Shown: positions 51,023 through 63,227 of the stretch, in pieces
Numbering within the stretch: the first letter of the stretch is position 1
Layout of the letters: the number at the start of each line of letters is the position of its first letter
Source: Yuukianura sp. NJ FZ-2021
Lineage: Eukaryota
Assembly (NCBI GenBank): GCA_046563655.1
Contig: CM102290.1
Coordinates: forward strand, 4,464,001-4,528,000
Direction: 5' to 3'
DNA: 64,000 bases
Notes under the pieces: generated by a model
Told to the model about the DNA's origin: nothing
The model's input: the letters and a program-made list of their open reading frames with translations, nothing else
Databases searched by the model: none
Program-made: the position numbers and the translations under genes

Positions 51023-54000
51023 ATGTACTTATTTGACAATCGTTTTTTAAATAAGCCAAATAGTCGGTTGAGTACTTTTCTCCAGCGAAACCTGGGTGAA
51101 TCTGTATTTTTACGGTAAGCAAATGTTTCAAATTCACCAGAATTGGGCTATTGTTCTTGATTTCTTTTTTTTAATTCTCCATTTTAGAATGTTATTTGAC
51201 TTTCTCTTTTTTTTTATTAGGTTTTATGAAAACTGTGTGCTGGAATCAAAAGGAACTTTTCTTCATTGCCATCTCATTTTAACCGATGATCATCTCCTGG
51301 TTACTCAGAACCCTCCAAAGACTATTCTTCATTCAATTCAACTGTCAACCATCTTGGACATCAAATTAGTAAGTGAACTTTCGCTTTCTGATTTTTTTCG
51401 TGAGGTCATTAGTGGTTTTGGTCACGAGGAAGCTTGATCTGACTCGGTGCCTTGGAACGCCATGGCATAAGTATCACAATTTTCCAAATCAAGTTGATCA
51501 ATTTCACCAAAAGTTTGTTCTACAAACAGAAACTTTAGTCGCAAATATTCCAAAGGAAAGAGAGGAGTGGCCCTATGACTTAAAATATTAACGGAACTTA
51601 CAGGTCTGTATTGATTCAAAGAATTAATGGTTAGGTCAAAATCCTCCGACATTTTACCATAATTCGTTAAAGTCGATATTTTGTTGTGACGCGTGGCTGT
51701 CCCGTTATGGTGTTGCATCAATTATTTTTAGAGCTAAAAGCGGTGCGGGTGGATTCGGTGCTAAAGGCATTAATTAAAAAACCAAAAATAGATGATTGAA
51801 AGTCAATTTCGACGGAGCGTGGCGTCAGTTGGAGGCGACTGGCTGTTTTTGACAGTTCATACTTTAGCTTGCCCTAGTTTTATGTGGCGGGAACATTGAC
51901 TGCCAATACCAATTAATGGAAATGTCGATGATTGAAAGGAATCTTCCACTACTTTCGCTTTCATTATCTCTAAAATGCGTCTTTACTACTAGAACAATTT
52001 GTACCTACGCCAGCTCCCATTTCGTATACTTCTGGTTCTAAAAATTCATATTCTGCAAGCTTTAACTTAAAAAATATCAGAGTAACAGAAAAAAAGTATA
52101 CCAGTTTTAAGATTGGCACGAGCCAGAATCAGAAATGCATACAATTATTCTAATATTGTAGTTATGTAATATTACATAAATTAAGTAATACAGTTTTGCT
52201 CATTTGTGGGGTCACTTTTGTAAAATAAATAGTGAAAGTCTAGGAAATCATCAATTTCGGTTAATTTTTTATGTTTAATCACGTTAGATGTTTTTTCTTT
52301 GAAAAGATGGATGATTTATCGATGATTTTTTACCAACTTGACATATATTCAATCAAATCGTGATCGTTCCTATCCACCAACGTCGTAGTAAGTTCCACGA
52401 TTCATAGACTAAAAGTAGTAAACTGTAGTAGAGCATATGTTTAAACCCGAAGACCTTTCACAGTGAAGAGCCATGAAAACTTTGTTTGGCTGCCAACTTT
52501 CTCTGGTGAAAGTGATTATTCCTCTCTTTCATGTTTTTTTCATGTCAGTAATAAGCGTTTGCCTTTAACTCCATTTTATAGGGATTGAGGTTAGACATGT
52601 GAGGTTTCATCCTACTGGGGAAACGAAGGACCAAGGTTACACTTGAAATGAGGTTATTCCGTGCATACGTCTAAAAACGAAACATAGTTGGTACTTTGAA
52701 ATAGTATTTGTTGTGGTGCTTTATGTTTTTCCATAAGGGCGTGCGTTATTAAGAGAAATTTACTGCTGAGATATGGAGTAGCGATAGCACACGCGGTATT
52801 TCTGTGCGTGATTTTCTCAATGTCGCGTCGCGCCACGCTTTTAAAGTCCGTTTCACTATTTTGCTACATGTTAATATTGTTGTGGTTTGTTATAGTCCCA
52901 AACAATTAGGATATAAAAATATTTTGTTCAAAAATTCAAAGAAAAAACTTAGAAACACTTTCGGCAAGCCGGAAGTGATGATTGACTAGGATTAGAAACA
53001 TCACGCCTCGCTTGCCCCTGACCTCCAAGGAAGTTGCACGAACACATACATTTTTTAAATAGAATGGTTGCTAAAATTCTAAGATTTTCATGCATAGAAC
53101 TACTATTAGCCAAAACACAGTTCGTAGGAAACGAATGACGTGAAATTGACTTACTTATTTGCTGAACTTTGCTTTTCGTGAAAGAGAAGCTCGCCAGAAA
53201 AATTACTTCCGGTTGGCAGAAAATGAGTATTGAAAGCTTGGAAATTTGAAGTACGCTGTCATTAGTCATTGGTTTGCCCTACAATGTAATTTACAATTCA
53301 TTTTTCCAAAGCGTCACTCTCAATTTCTCAGAATGTACGTTAGATTATAAATAGAAAATTTCTCATCCATGTTCTATGTTAAATTATTCGTCAGTGATGT
53401 ATGCAACGTTAATACTAAGATCAATGTTCCCAAGGCCAAACGTTGGAAGACAAAGGAAGTGGATCGATTTTCTTGTATCAATTAATAATGACATCCTCGT
53501 GTTGTTTTGTAGGTGGCAGAACGACACTCTGTCGTAAACGGAGTTGCACCCAATGTCTTTACATCGCAACACATTAATATTTTATCCTCCAAAGCATGCA
53601 ACCCATCCACCGCTTCATGGGCAATGTCAAAGGTCAAAACAAGTTCTTCAAGTTCAACGCCTCGCAGAATTGGTTCAGAAACGGACGCGCAAATGTCAAA
53701 AGTGTCCAAAAAATGTTCGCTGGAGGACTTGCCACAATCGATACGTATGACTTATTTACCGGGTTACATCAATGCAACTCCTAATCTGATGAGCCTGAAC
53801 TTCAATTCAAAAGAACCTTGTGACAAATTGCCAAACTTAACGAAAGCAAGTACGCCTGGCGATGAATCGGATTCATCAGATTCTTTGAAGAGTGGTGAAA
53901 TGTCAATTAGCTCAAATGCAATTAACTGTGATTCGGATGTATCGATTCCGGAACGAGCAAGTTCAGAATTAGCACATCATCCATCATGGAGACTTCATGC

Positions 54001-56360
54001 TGCGGATAATTTATACGGAGACGTAGAAAATGCTAAGAAACGACCAAATTCGGTGACTTTTGGGCAGAAACGAGGAGGCGGAAATAAGAATAGATCGTTC
54101 CTTAAGTTTTTTTTAACGGCAAAGGAGAAGAATACGCAGAATAGGACCAATCAGAAAAGAGTTGCTGAACCAATTCTGGAAGAATCAGTTACTGTTATTG
54201 ATGAGCTTCATGTTCACTTGTACCAAGCTAATTCAGTATTCCTCAACGAACTGTTCTTGCTCTGGAATCGTCAATTACTGGTATGTTTTACAAGGTGACT
54301 GACAAAATTCAAAAATTCATTTTTTGTTTTGTTATAGCGATGCACAACCGATCTTGATCTGAAACTCAGTAACTCTATATCGGATAGCCCGAACATACAG
54401 ATAACAGTTGTCAACGGGGAGAACAAAGGTCGCAGTATAGATGACATTTTGGATTTGGCTGTGACTATGAACGTAGCGAATTTCAAATTTCGAAAAACCC
54501 GACACCAATGGCTTTCAACTGTAAATGACTTCTATCAAAAGCTTCTGGATGACGCACGGCTTCAAAAAGCTTGTTTCCAGGTACAGCGGAATAGACACGA
54601 AAAAATGGTATCCAAGAATCACTAAAGCCAAATTTTCTTTTCCAGAATTCTAAGTTCACCGCTGCGCTGCTGAACCTCGTCGAAAGAACAGCGTTGACTT
54701 TGTCATCCATGACGCAGGAGCAAGCGAGGGATGCTAAATACTCAACGGAAGTATTAAGCATTTACATAATCCTGCTAGATATGTTTCGGATTCTCGTTCA
54801 GAACAATACTGGAACTGGTGTCTTGGAGGAACAAGGAATGTCCTTCAGCAGGAAAGGAGACGCCAACTGGAACATGATCATGGAAAAAATTGTTCAGATG
54901 TCAATGCTTACCGGAACGTCGTTTGGTGAAGTTGTGGATGACGTGATTTGTGACCCGCTCAAATTTGGGAAGATGGCTTGGAGAAATTCCCCGGAAGCAA
55001 AGGTATAACTTCCAGCAAAATGACAAATATCCAAAACATTTTGTGGTAATGAAGATGTTTTATGGATGTTCAATTAGATCATTTTGTTACTGGTCATTAA
55101 ATCCAACGTTGCGGTGGCTTTATTGCACGAAATCTTGACGCTCTACATGTATACTCCTGGTGACCACTTTTCGCTGCCCTCGCTCGATGATTGTCGATTG
55201 GTAAAGTGCTTCCATTCTCTATTTATTTATTAATACAACCTTAATCTTTTTTATACTTTAACCTTACTGCCAATCATACTGTAGTGTACAGTATGATTGA
55301 CATTCCGTCTAAACTAACTTACTTCTAGAACCAATTTTATGCTAAGGACTTACTTTTATTTTCGAAAACTTCGAAAATGGCCGAGTCCAAAAACATGCAG
55401 GGTGAAGACCCTTCCCATAAAAAAATTTTTTTTTTGGAGAAAACGACTGAAAATGGCTTAAAATGTTGTTACGAAAAAAAAATTTCGAATAAATTGGCCA
55501 CAAAAAAAGTTTCTTTGCTGGATCCGGGCAAGTCTGGGTCCAAATTGAAATTTTCAACAACGTTTTATAGTGTAAAAATAAGCTTTAAGCGGGTATTGGA
55601 CAAAACTGAAAAAGAAATTCTTGATGGGAAGGGCTTCAATCCCTTCCCTTCATTTTCAAAAAGTTCAAAAATGTAAGTCCAGAAACATGCAAAGGGGGGA
55701 CGCTTTCCTTCAAAAAATAATTTTTTTTTTTGCAAAAATCGATTGGATCTAAAAAGTGAGAAGGATTCGAAAAAATTGTCTAAAAAAATTCCTTTAGTTA
55801 CCAGTGGTAACTATTATACTGCCTACAGGCAGATGCGGACTTACATCTCCTCATTAGTATTACAACAGATTGTTAATTACAGTAAATACTTTTAAACAGA
55901 ATCAGTTCCTGAAGGAAGTGATGACACAAGTCCTTGGTCTGTTAGTTGGTTCAAAACAATCCACAATGTCAGCATCGGAATCAGTCAACCTTTTTCATCA
56001 AGTATCTGTACTATGGATGATGATCAACAATTTCCATTCGACTTTTACAATCAAGTTCCTCAGAAGCAACTACTACGAAGAATTTAAGTATGCTCAATCA
56101 ATTTAACAGCAACTTTAGCAAACAATTAAAGCCTAAAGCCGCTAATTCTATGTTCGTATGTTATGTTCAGATACTTCGTCCAAGAAGAGAATTTGAAGAT
56201 GCGTATTCCGAACGAATACCTTATCAAGCCTAAGGTGCTTAGCCTATTCAGCAATATTCGCTCAGAAATTCTTAAATCGTCCAGAAGCACATCAAGTACC
56301 TCAACGTTTCCTGAGAAACAATTTGCCAAAATCCAGAAAGACCCCATTGTTAACTACTAA
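51023..56360 (+). CDS. Uncharacterised C12orf56 / DUF4551-like protein
   Basis: Exons ~51023-51114, 51221-51368, (uncertain small exons ~52300-52635), 53513-54280, ~54338-54580, ~54646-55002, ~55078-55200, ~55899-56087, 56171-56360. NSRLSTFLQRNL, FYENC..ILTDDHLLVTQNPPKTI, ELHVHLYQANSVFL..LWN and FLRSNYYEEFKYFV resemble the conserved blocks I recall for C12orf56 (NSRLDVFLRRHL, LTENPPKSI, RNNYREEFRYFI). Confidence 0.72.
52956..53225. mobile_element. Degenerate ~270-bp MITE-like element in an intron
   Basis: cactttcggcaagccggaagtgatg (52956-52980) matches the reverse complement of 53201-53225 at 19/25 positions. No TSD resolved. Confidence 0.4.
55245..55860. mobile_element. Intronic insertion with terminal hairpins and an internal ~292-bp tandem duplication (Helentron/DINE-1-like architecture)
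   Basis: T-rich left flank, 13-bp-stem palindrome at 55271-55299, imperfect direct repeats centred on gtcca(a/g)aaacatgca at 55385 and 55677, and a 9-bp-stem palindrome tagttaccagtggtaacta at 55795-55813. Confidence 0.4.
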
Positions 56361-56637
56361 CGTTAAGTCAAATCGTCTAACAAGTTTAATATTTCTTGCA
56401 ACTTTTTTGTTCCAAAAAAGTTTCAGAATTTGATTTTATTCTGATGGAATGTTCCTCCTTTCACATTTAGCGTTGCCTTTTTCATAGTATATATCGACAA
56501 GAAAAATATCTCTTATTAAAACTTTACAAGACTTATGGATTAAATATTCCTAGTTCACTTTGTTTTTCTTTTCAAAATGGCAGGACTTAATAATTGACTC
56601 CAGAAGAGCTTAAGATTAGCATGCTAATTATGTACCT

Positions 56638-57585
56638 TCAGCACGAACATGTATTCTTCGGCGGAACTCCAGCTTTCAGATGAATTGAGTCAATGAGTCC
56701 ATTGGACGCTCCAGTTGCACCACTCTGTCTCAGCATAACTTCAACTAAAAATCTAAAAATTCAAGATTCAGCAATCAGCATTCAGTACAAAAATTGCAAG
56801 AACATTAAGCGACACTTACCTCATAGAGTCATTGACCATTAGACCTTCCTTGGCTGAAGTTTCTGTCTAAAATTTTAAGTTTGGTTCAAAACATGCTTGA
56901 TTTCAAATTTGACACGGAAAGAAGCCATTTACGTTACCCATCCAATGAAGTTGTTTTCTTTGTAAAATGTTTCCACTTCCATTTGATCAATTTGTCTATT
57001 GGGCAGATCACACTAAACAAAAATCAGGATATTATTTTTACAATACTTTTATACAAAAAAAAGTTCATGCGCATTGACTAATTTGGCCAAAATTGAACGC
57101 ATTATTACTTTATTTGCCAGAAGCATACATGGGATTTGACTGCCGTCGGCCAACATACACTTGGCATCTACTTCCTTCTTCCACTTGAGCGTGTTTTGGA
57201 AGGAGTTTTTGTTCGTAAGGTCAAACATAATTATACAGCCGTGCGCATCCTTGAAGTAGACGCGTGTCATCCACGTAAATCTCTCTTGACCTGCGTTATA
57301 AATTCAACTCACTATGAGTAAGGTGAGCTAGTTTATGCTGTTTTGAAGAGCATTGTGTTTTAGAGTGCGAAAAATATGTTGAATTTGTAATTCACCTGCA
57401 ATGTCCCATAGTTGTAGTTTAATAGTTTGAGTTTCTGACCATTTGATAATCCTAAGTGCGAAATCGACTCCGACTGTTCCTTTGTAGTCTCTCTTGAAAC
57501 TATCCTGGACATATCGCTGGACAAACGACGTTTTGCCTACAGTGGGGTCACCGATGATGATCACTTTGAACAGCTTCTCAGTCAT
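56638..57585 (-). CDS. RAB29: Rab29 (Rab7L1)-like GTPase of the Rab32/38/29 subfamily
   Basis: Exons ~57585-57396, 57290-57108, ~57010-56935, ~56866-56819, 56752-56638. Motifs GDPTVGKTS, GTVGVDFAL, WDIAGQERF (subfamily-diagnostic Ile), PCMLLANK/CDL, ETSAK and C-terminal CSC*. The frame is open up to an acceptor at ~57614, so the N-terminus may be longer. Confidence 0.85.
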
Positions 57586-58419
57586 GACATCGGATTCAGT
57601 CGGGAGTGGTCGAGCTGGAACGTGAACAGAGGTTAACTTTAGTTAGGTTATTTGGCTACGTTGAGCGACTTGTGAAGTGGATATGTTGTCCGGGTTCCAG
57701 TTCCAGGAACACTCCCACTTGAACTTCATTTCCACCAACTAATGTCTCAGTGTCATCGCAACATTCCGAAATAATTAATAGAACAAGAAAACAGGGGTGT
57801 GTTAGAGATAGGGATGCTGCAGATGTGGGATCGTGTTGTGAACGAGATTAAAAATACAATAGCCGAAGGATGAAGATGAGCTTAGCAGTTGTCCTCAAAT
57901 TCTGTTTTTATGTACATACTACCTCCAAACAATGGTAAAAATCAGAGTAAGTGGCCTCAACTAGTAAATGAGTAATCGTATTTGATATGGCGTACAATAG
58001 TTTATATCATACATAGTATCAACTGCGGCATAAAATATAAAGCTTCCTAATATTCTAATTATCCTGTTAATCTCTCAAATTAAACTTTATTTTAAATCTT
58101 TGCTTTATAGCGCACACCGTAGCTGAGACCGACAATGCATGGCAATTCCATCGCACTGGAAGTTAAAATTTGGAACTTTGCGGTATTTCACTAAAAAAAA
58201 ATTCGCAGCTTTTCGCATGGTTAAATATTTCATTGCATGATGCTAAAGGTGTTAAAATCTAATTTATAACTTCTCTTGTGCATGAGTTTCCTTGGATGAC
58301 GGAAATTTTTTTTAAAAGTGATTACGGTGATAAAGTGTAAAGTGTGAAAATTTTGCACGCGCCAATTTCCTGCAACGTTTATGTGACACGAAATATCAAA
58401 GGGAGAGATGAAGTTTTGT

Positions 58420-58486
58420 ACGAATGTCTTCAGCTTCACTTCAACATTGTCAATTCCTAATGTTGAAGTGAAGCTGAAGTATTTGT
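58420..58486 (+). other. Isolated hairpin with a 21-bp perfect stem and 10-nt loop (pre-miRNA/hpRNA-sized)
   Basis: cttcagcttcacttcaacatt (58428-58448) pairs with aatgttgaagtgaagctgaag (58459-58479). The stem extends 7 more pairs on the + strand with one bulge and two G-U pairs. Confidence 0.6.
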
Positions 58487-59729
58487 TTTTTGTTTTTACT
58501 CAACAAGTCAAGCAAGTGGCAAAGGAAATGAAAAGTAACACATTTCAATTGCATAACTTTTGGCAACCAACCCTTTAGTTCAGAACTAACTATCTGGACT
58601 TGGAAGAGGAATTTTTACCTAAAAATTAAGCAGTACCGCTTATCAAAATTGAATGTGAGAAATGATTTAATTTGCAACTTCAGCCACAATTCAGCAATTT
58701 TTTTTGTAATTCATACATCGGCACTACTTTCTTAGTTCATGACGTTGTCCATAGCGAAACAAAATCCAAAATTTCCGCTTTTGTATTGAAATTGAAATTG
58801 TCAACTACTGTTGTTTCCCAATTGCAACTACAATTTCATGCAACAATTTGCAACTGTGATAATGTTTTTTAGGTATCTGTTAAACATCGATTGTCTTTTT
58901 TTAATTAGAGACTTACGTATGGTCAATGGGACGTAAGTAAGTGGCTTTTGTTTATCCGAATTTTTACGCTTGAAGGACATGATGATTTGTTCTGCTACTT
59001 TCACTTTCAAAAGATTTGCTAAAGTAGTTTTAAAAAACGTAAGTTTTTAGACACTTCTGACACTAAAAACTATTCAACTAACACACCATTGTTAAAACTA
59101 CATAAACGGCTGGAATTAGACACTACTGAAAATGTTCCTGAGAGACACAGTTGTGTGAATGGAGCGAAATGTAGGAACTGACTTGAATGAAGATAAATGC
59201 TAAAGAATGTTATGTTTGTGGTGTTAAGAAACGTCCTTTGTTAATTATTGGTCACAAAACCTGTTTTGACCAAGAGCCCAAGGTGCGGGATGAACAAGAT
59301 CCTCCCCTGTAGTGCCTAAGTGGTGCCATTGTGTTTATTTTGTCAAAGACAGAAGTACTTCGGCGATCTGCAAAAACTGATGAATCCATACAGTGGCGGC
59401 CAAAATTATTGGGACACCCAGTGTAAAAATTTTTAAACAACGATAACTTTTTAACGAAGTGTCATAATTAATAACTCGATACGTCATTTTATTCAGAAAA
59501 TAGTTCTTTCCAATCTCCCAAGTTTTTAGAACTTGAAGTCAAGCGGTTTATTTTATGGAATTTTTTAAACTCAAAACGTCAAAATTCTCGCGGACAAAAT
59601 TATTGGGACAGCTGGGGTTTTGGAGCAAAATCAACAGTTATTGGCATTAGTTTTCCATCTGTAAGTCACCTAACTTAATTTTTAGTACTTACTAACACTT
59701 GTAGTTAATTGTTGATTAGTTTTTCAGAG

Positions 59730-60041
59730 ATGGTTGGCAATATCAAGGAAGTTCCAGGACCGATACGCGACCTAATCATTCAAGGTTGGGTTGGTGACGA
59801 AAATGGTACAAAATCAGTTCGTCAGCTGTCCGAATTGTACCACGTACCCAAGTCAACAGTACATAACATCATACAAAGGTACCTCAAGACCGGCCATGTC
59901 GAAAACAAAGCCGGAAGGGGCCGTAAACCAATTCTTTATGAGAGGGAAGTTCGCCTGATCACCCAGAAAGTGAAGCTGGACAATCGAGTAAGCGCCGTAG
60001 AACTGTCCAAAACACTCAAAAGTGACCTTGACACGAAGTGA
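59730..60041 (+). CDS. Truncated Tc1 transposase ORF (103 aa, N-terminal HTH DNA-binding region only)
   Basis: ATG at 59730 follows a 5'UTR intron (gtaagt 59661, tactaac 59690, ttttcag 59727). SVRQLSELYHVPKSTVHNIIQRY HTH and GRGRKP linker are present. Stop at the rearrangement junction. Expression is unproven. Confidence 0.55.
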   Translation: MVGNIKEVPGPIRDLIIQGWVGDENGTKSVRQLSELYHVPKSTVHNIIQRYLKTGHVENKAGRGRKPILYEREVRLITQKVKLDNRVSAVELSKTLKSDLDTK

Positions 60042-60044
60042 GCC

Positions 60045-60709
60045 GAATTTATCCATAATTCCGTTAACAAATTCCAAGGTTCAGCCCCGTTTGAAGCCAT
60101 GCAGCCCCAAACCATGACACTGCCTCCTCCGTGTTTCACAGTCACATTGAGGTTCTTTGGTTTTAAGGCTTCACCAATACCTCTTCGGACATATTTTCGT
60201 CCATCTGACCCCAAAACGTTGAACTTTGACTCGTCCGACCATAAAATTCTTTCCCAAAACGATACCGGCTTCATAACGTGTTCTTTTGCAAACTTCAATC
60301 TCTTGGCTGCATTCTTCTTTGACACAAGCGGTTTTCGCAACGGCTTGAAAGCTCTCGAATTCTGATTGCAAAGTACTCTTTGAACAGTACGGGGGCTGAC
60401 TTCGGTGTCAAGGTCACTTTTGAGTGTTTTGGACAGTTCTACGGCGCTTACTCGATTGTCCAGCTTCACTTTCTGGGTGATCAGGCGAACTTCCCTCTCA
60501 TAAAGAATTGGTTTACGGCCCCTTCCGGCTTTGTTTTCGACATGGCCGGTCTTGAGGTACCTTTGTATGATGTTATGTACTGTTGACTTGGGTACGTGGT
60601 ACAATTCGGACAGCTGACGAACTGATTTTGTACCATTTTCGTCACCAACCCAACCTTGAATGATTAGGTCGCGTATCGGTCCTGGAACTTCCTTGATATT
60701 GCCAACAAT
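60045..60709 (-). pseudogene. Tc1 transposase fragment: start codon mutated to ATT, frameshift near 60083, truncated before the second D and the E
   Basis: HTH domains, KPLVSKKNAAKRLKFAKEH, WERILWSDESKF (first catalytic D) and TVKHGGGSVMVWGCM. LEFVNGIMDKFG then continues in another frame up to the junction. Confidence 0.9.
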
Positions 60710-63227
60710 TTCTGAAAAACTAATCAACAATTAACTACAAGTGTTAGTAAGTACTAAAAATTAAGTTAGGTGACTTACCGATGGAAAACTAATGCCAATA
60801 ACTGTTGATTTCGCTCCAAAACCCCAGCTGTCCCAATAATTTTGTCCGCGAGAATTTTGACGTTTTGAGTTTAAAAAATTCCATAAAATAAACCGCTTGA
60901 CTTCAAGTTCTAAAAACTTGGGAGATTGGAAAGAACTATTTTCTGAATAAAATGACGTATCGAGTTATTAATTATGACACTTCGTTAAAAAGTTATCGTT
61001 GTTTAAAAATTTTTACACTGGGTGTCCCAATAATTTTGGCCGCCACTGTATAACGCTTATACCGTACGGTTTCATTGTGGCGGTTATCCAGCAGGATCTT
61101 CTGGAAGATGAAGGTTTCCGTGAAAAACAGGTTATGGTACCGTCACAATTTAGACTTTGAACAAGTTTTGACTATGATATGCATACTGTTTAATAAAAAG
61201 TATGTCTTTAATTCAAACTTATGAACTCTCAATTCATGACCAACTTATGAAATGACCAGCGAATGCATAAAGTAATTGAGGATAACTGCTGGATGCTTTT
61301 TAATTTGAAGTTCATACGGTGTCCCGGAAGGCGACATCTACGGCCTATGTGTTTTGACGGTTCCAAAACACGTAGCGGGAGTCTGATAAATTTTGGTGTC
61401 AATAATGGTTGAAATCAGCACATAATATACTTATTGTAAGCACGCTAGGAAACACTCAATGATTAATTCATTGTTATGATTGCTCAGAAACCTAATCTAA
61501 TATTATAATGCTTATTTAATACGCAAGTACAAGTTCAAGTAAGTGATTGATTAGGTAACAATCTATGGTTCCTTATGCCAACCTATAAAATCATGGATAC
61601 AAGTTAGTTTCATCTCGTGCTACTTTATGGTTCATATGTTGTTTTATTTGAAGATTTTAAATTATAATTGATTCAATTCAATTGAATGAATGGCCATAAG
61701 TTAGTGCAGTTTGCACATCGCATGCAATTTCGTTGAAAAGCGTTACTCTGCACTACCGATTAGATTACGTGAGGCGAAGACAGTTCATTTTTCAAGAGTG
61801 CAGGTAGAAGGCCACCCTCTTCATATAGTATTTTTGTTTCAAGAGGTTCCAGCTGAAGTTTAAAGTCCGAGTTATCTGTCTGTCACACTGTGACAGTGTC
61901 AAAGTGTCACCTTTCGTCTTCGTCAGACTCATCAGTAGTTGTAACTTGGAAAGCAAGAAGTGCCGTAGCATTGAGTTTGTTTACGGGGTCATCGAAGTCC
62001 AGCACAGAATGACCTGGACAAGGTAAATATGAGGGGAGACATGGCCACAGAAATCAATACCATTGCTGTCAGACTACTCGTTGGTAAGTTAAAAGTGACA
62101 GAAAAATGTGTTATCAAACTATTTTTGAATGGACTTTGAGTAAGTTATGGTCAACTTATAATAGTAAGTAAGTGCTTGTAGCAGTTAGTGTTTGTAAGAA
62201 GATTGTTCAACCGTTCAAGCACACTTACCTCTCGCACCTTTGTCATTGAACTTTCAAATTATTCTGGCTTTAGAATGAAATGACCTTGATATTAAGTTCA
62301 GGCTTGTTTCAAGTAAGATAGTTATAAGATGGTATTCTGTTTGCATTGCAATAATGGTGAATCATTCTGCACTCAAACTAATGGTTTCGAAAAAGCTTAA
62401 CGTATGAAACCTAATGCACATGCATTTCTCTGATCTACCCGACCTTTGACTTTTTAGTCCATCCGAGAATGGTTTATGAGGCTCCTATAAATTAGTAAGC
62501 TGATTCAGCAGTGACCAATAATAAATTAACTTTCCCCTTTCAGACCATCATCGGCGTTTCGAATTGCACATTAAAATCAGTTTAAAACCACAATGCCTTG
62601 TTAGCTCGTATCAAATGACAGGGAAGAGCGTAAAAGTCCGTCATTAAATGACAAGGACAAAAGGCTTTCATTCAGCATGATGCGATTTGACATTTAGGGA
62701 AGATATGAAATTATGGCGATACGACAACCGCTGGCACTTGAGGTTTGTCTTAGCTACCCAACAGGACACCGATACTAATCTGTACGTACGGATTGTTCGA
62801 GCGCTGATGTTTGCAGTTGAAAACTAAAAGCTAGGCGAATTTAATGCTGAAACTACCACTGACAACGCTAGCTAAGTTTGGCGTTGTAAGAAGAATTCCT
62901 ATCAATTTTTGGATAGCTCGTGCTTAAGCATTTTATATTGAGGCTTGAATAGATTTTGATTGACTGTTCATTACACTAATACCACTTCAAATATTTAGTG
63001 ACATTTCAACCTCCCTCCAAGGAACGAGGACATATGGAATCTAACATCTAGAATAGTTGGACATAACTTAAGTTAGTGTCAGTTTAGTCTAGTACAACGT
63101 TGCAGCGAATAGGAGGAGCCGAGAATTGGAGCGCGTCTTATTAGTTTATAGTTTATGGTGCATTGTGATTGTGCTTTGACAGTGATTCGTTTGTGTTTTG
63201 TCTCGTAGATTCAACCAGTCTTCGACC

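Larger units (their letters stand above)
59391..61048. mobile_element. Tc1-family (IR-DR type) transposon derivative made of two 5' ends in inverted orientation
   Basis: TA at 59389-90 and 61049-50; CAGTG...CACTG termini. Direct repeat caaaattattgggaca at 59401 and 59596, mirrored on the right. Arms 59391-60034 and 60405-61048 (644 bp) are near-identical and include transposase coding sequence. Confidence 0.95.

Noticed and set aside
59936..60730. 264-aa ORF as an active transposase
   Set aside because: It has no ATG at the true start, frameshifts near 60083, lacks the second D and the E, and its tail is antisense read-through into the other arm.
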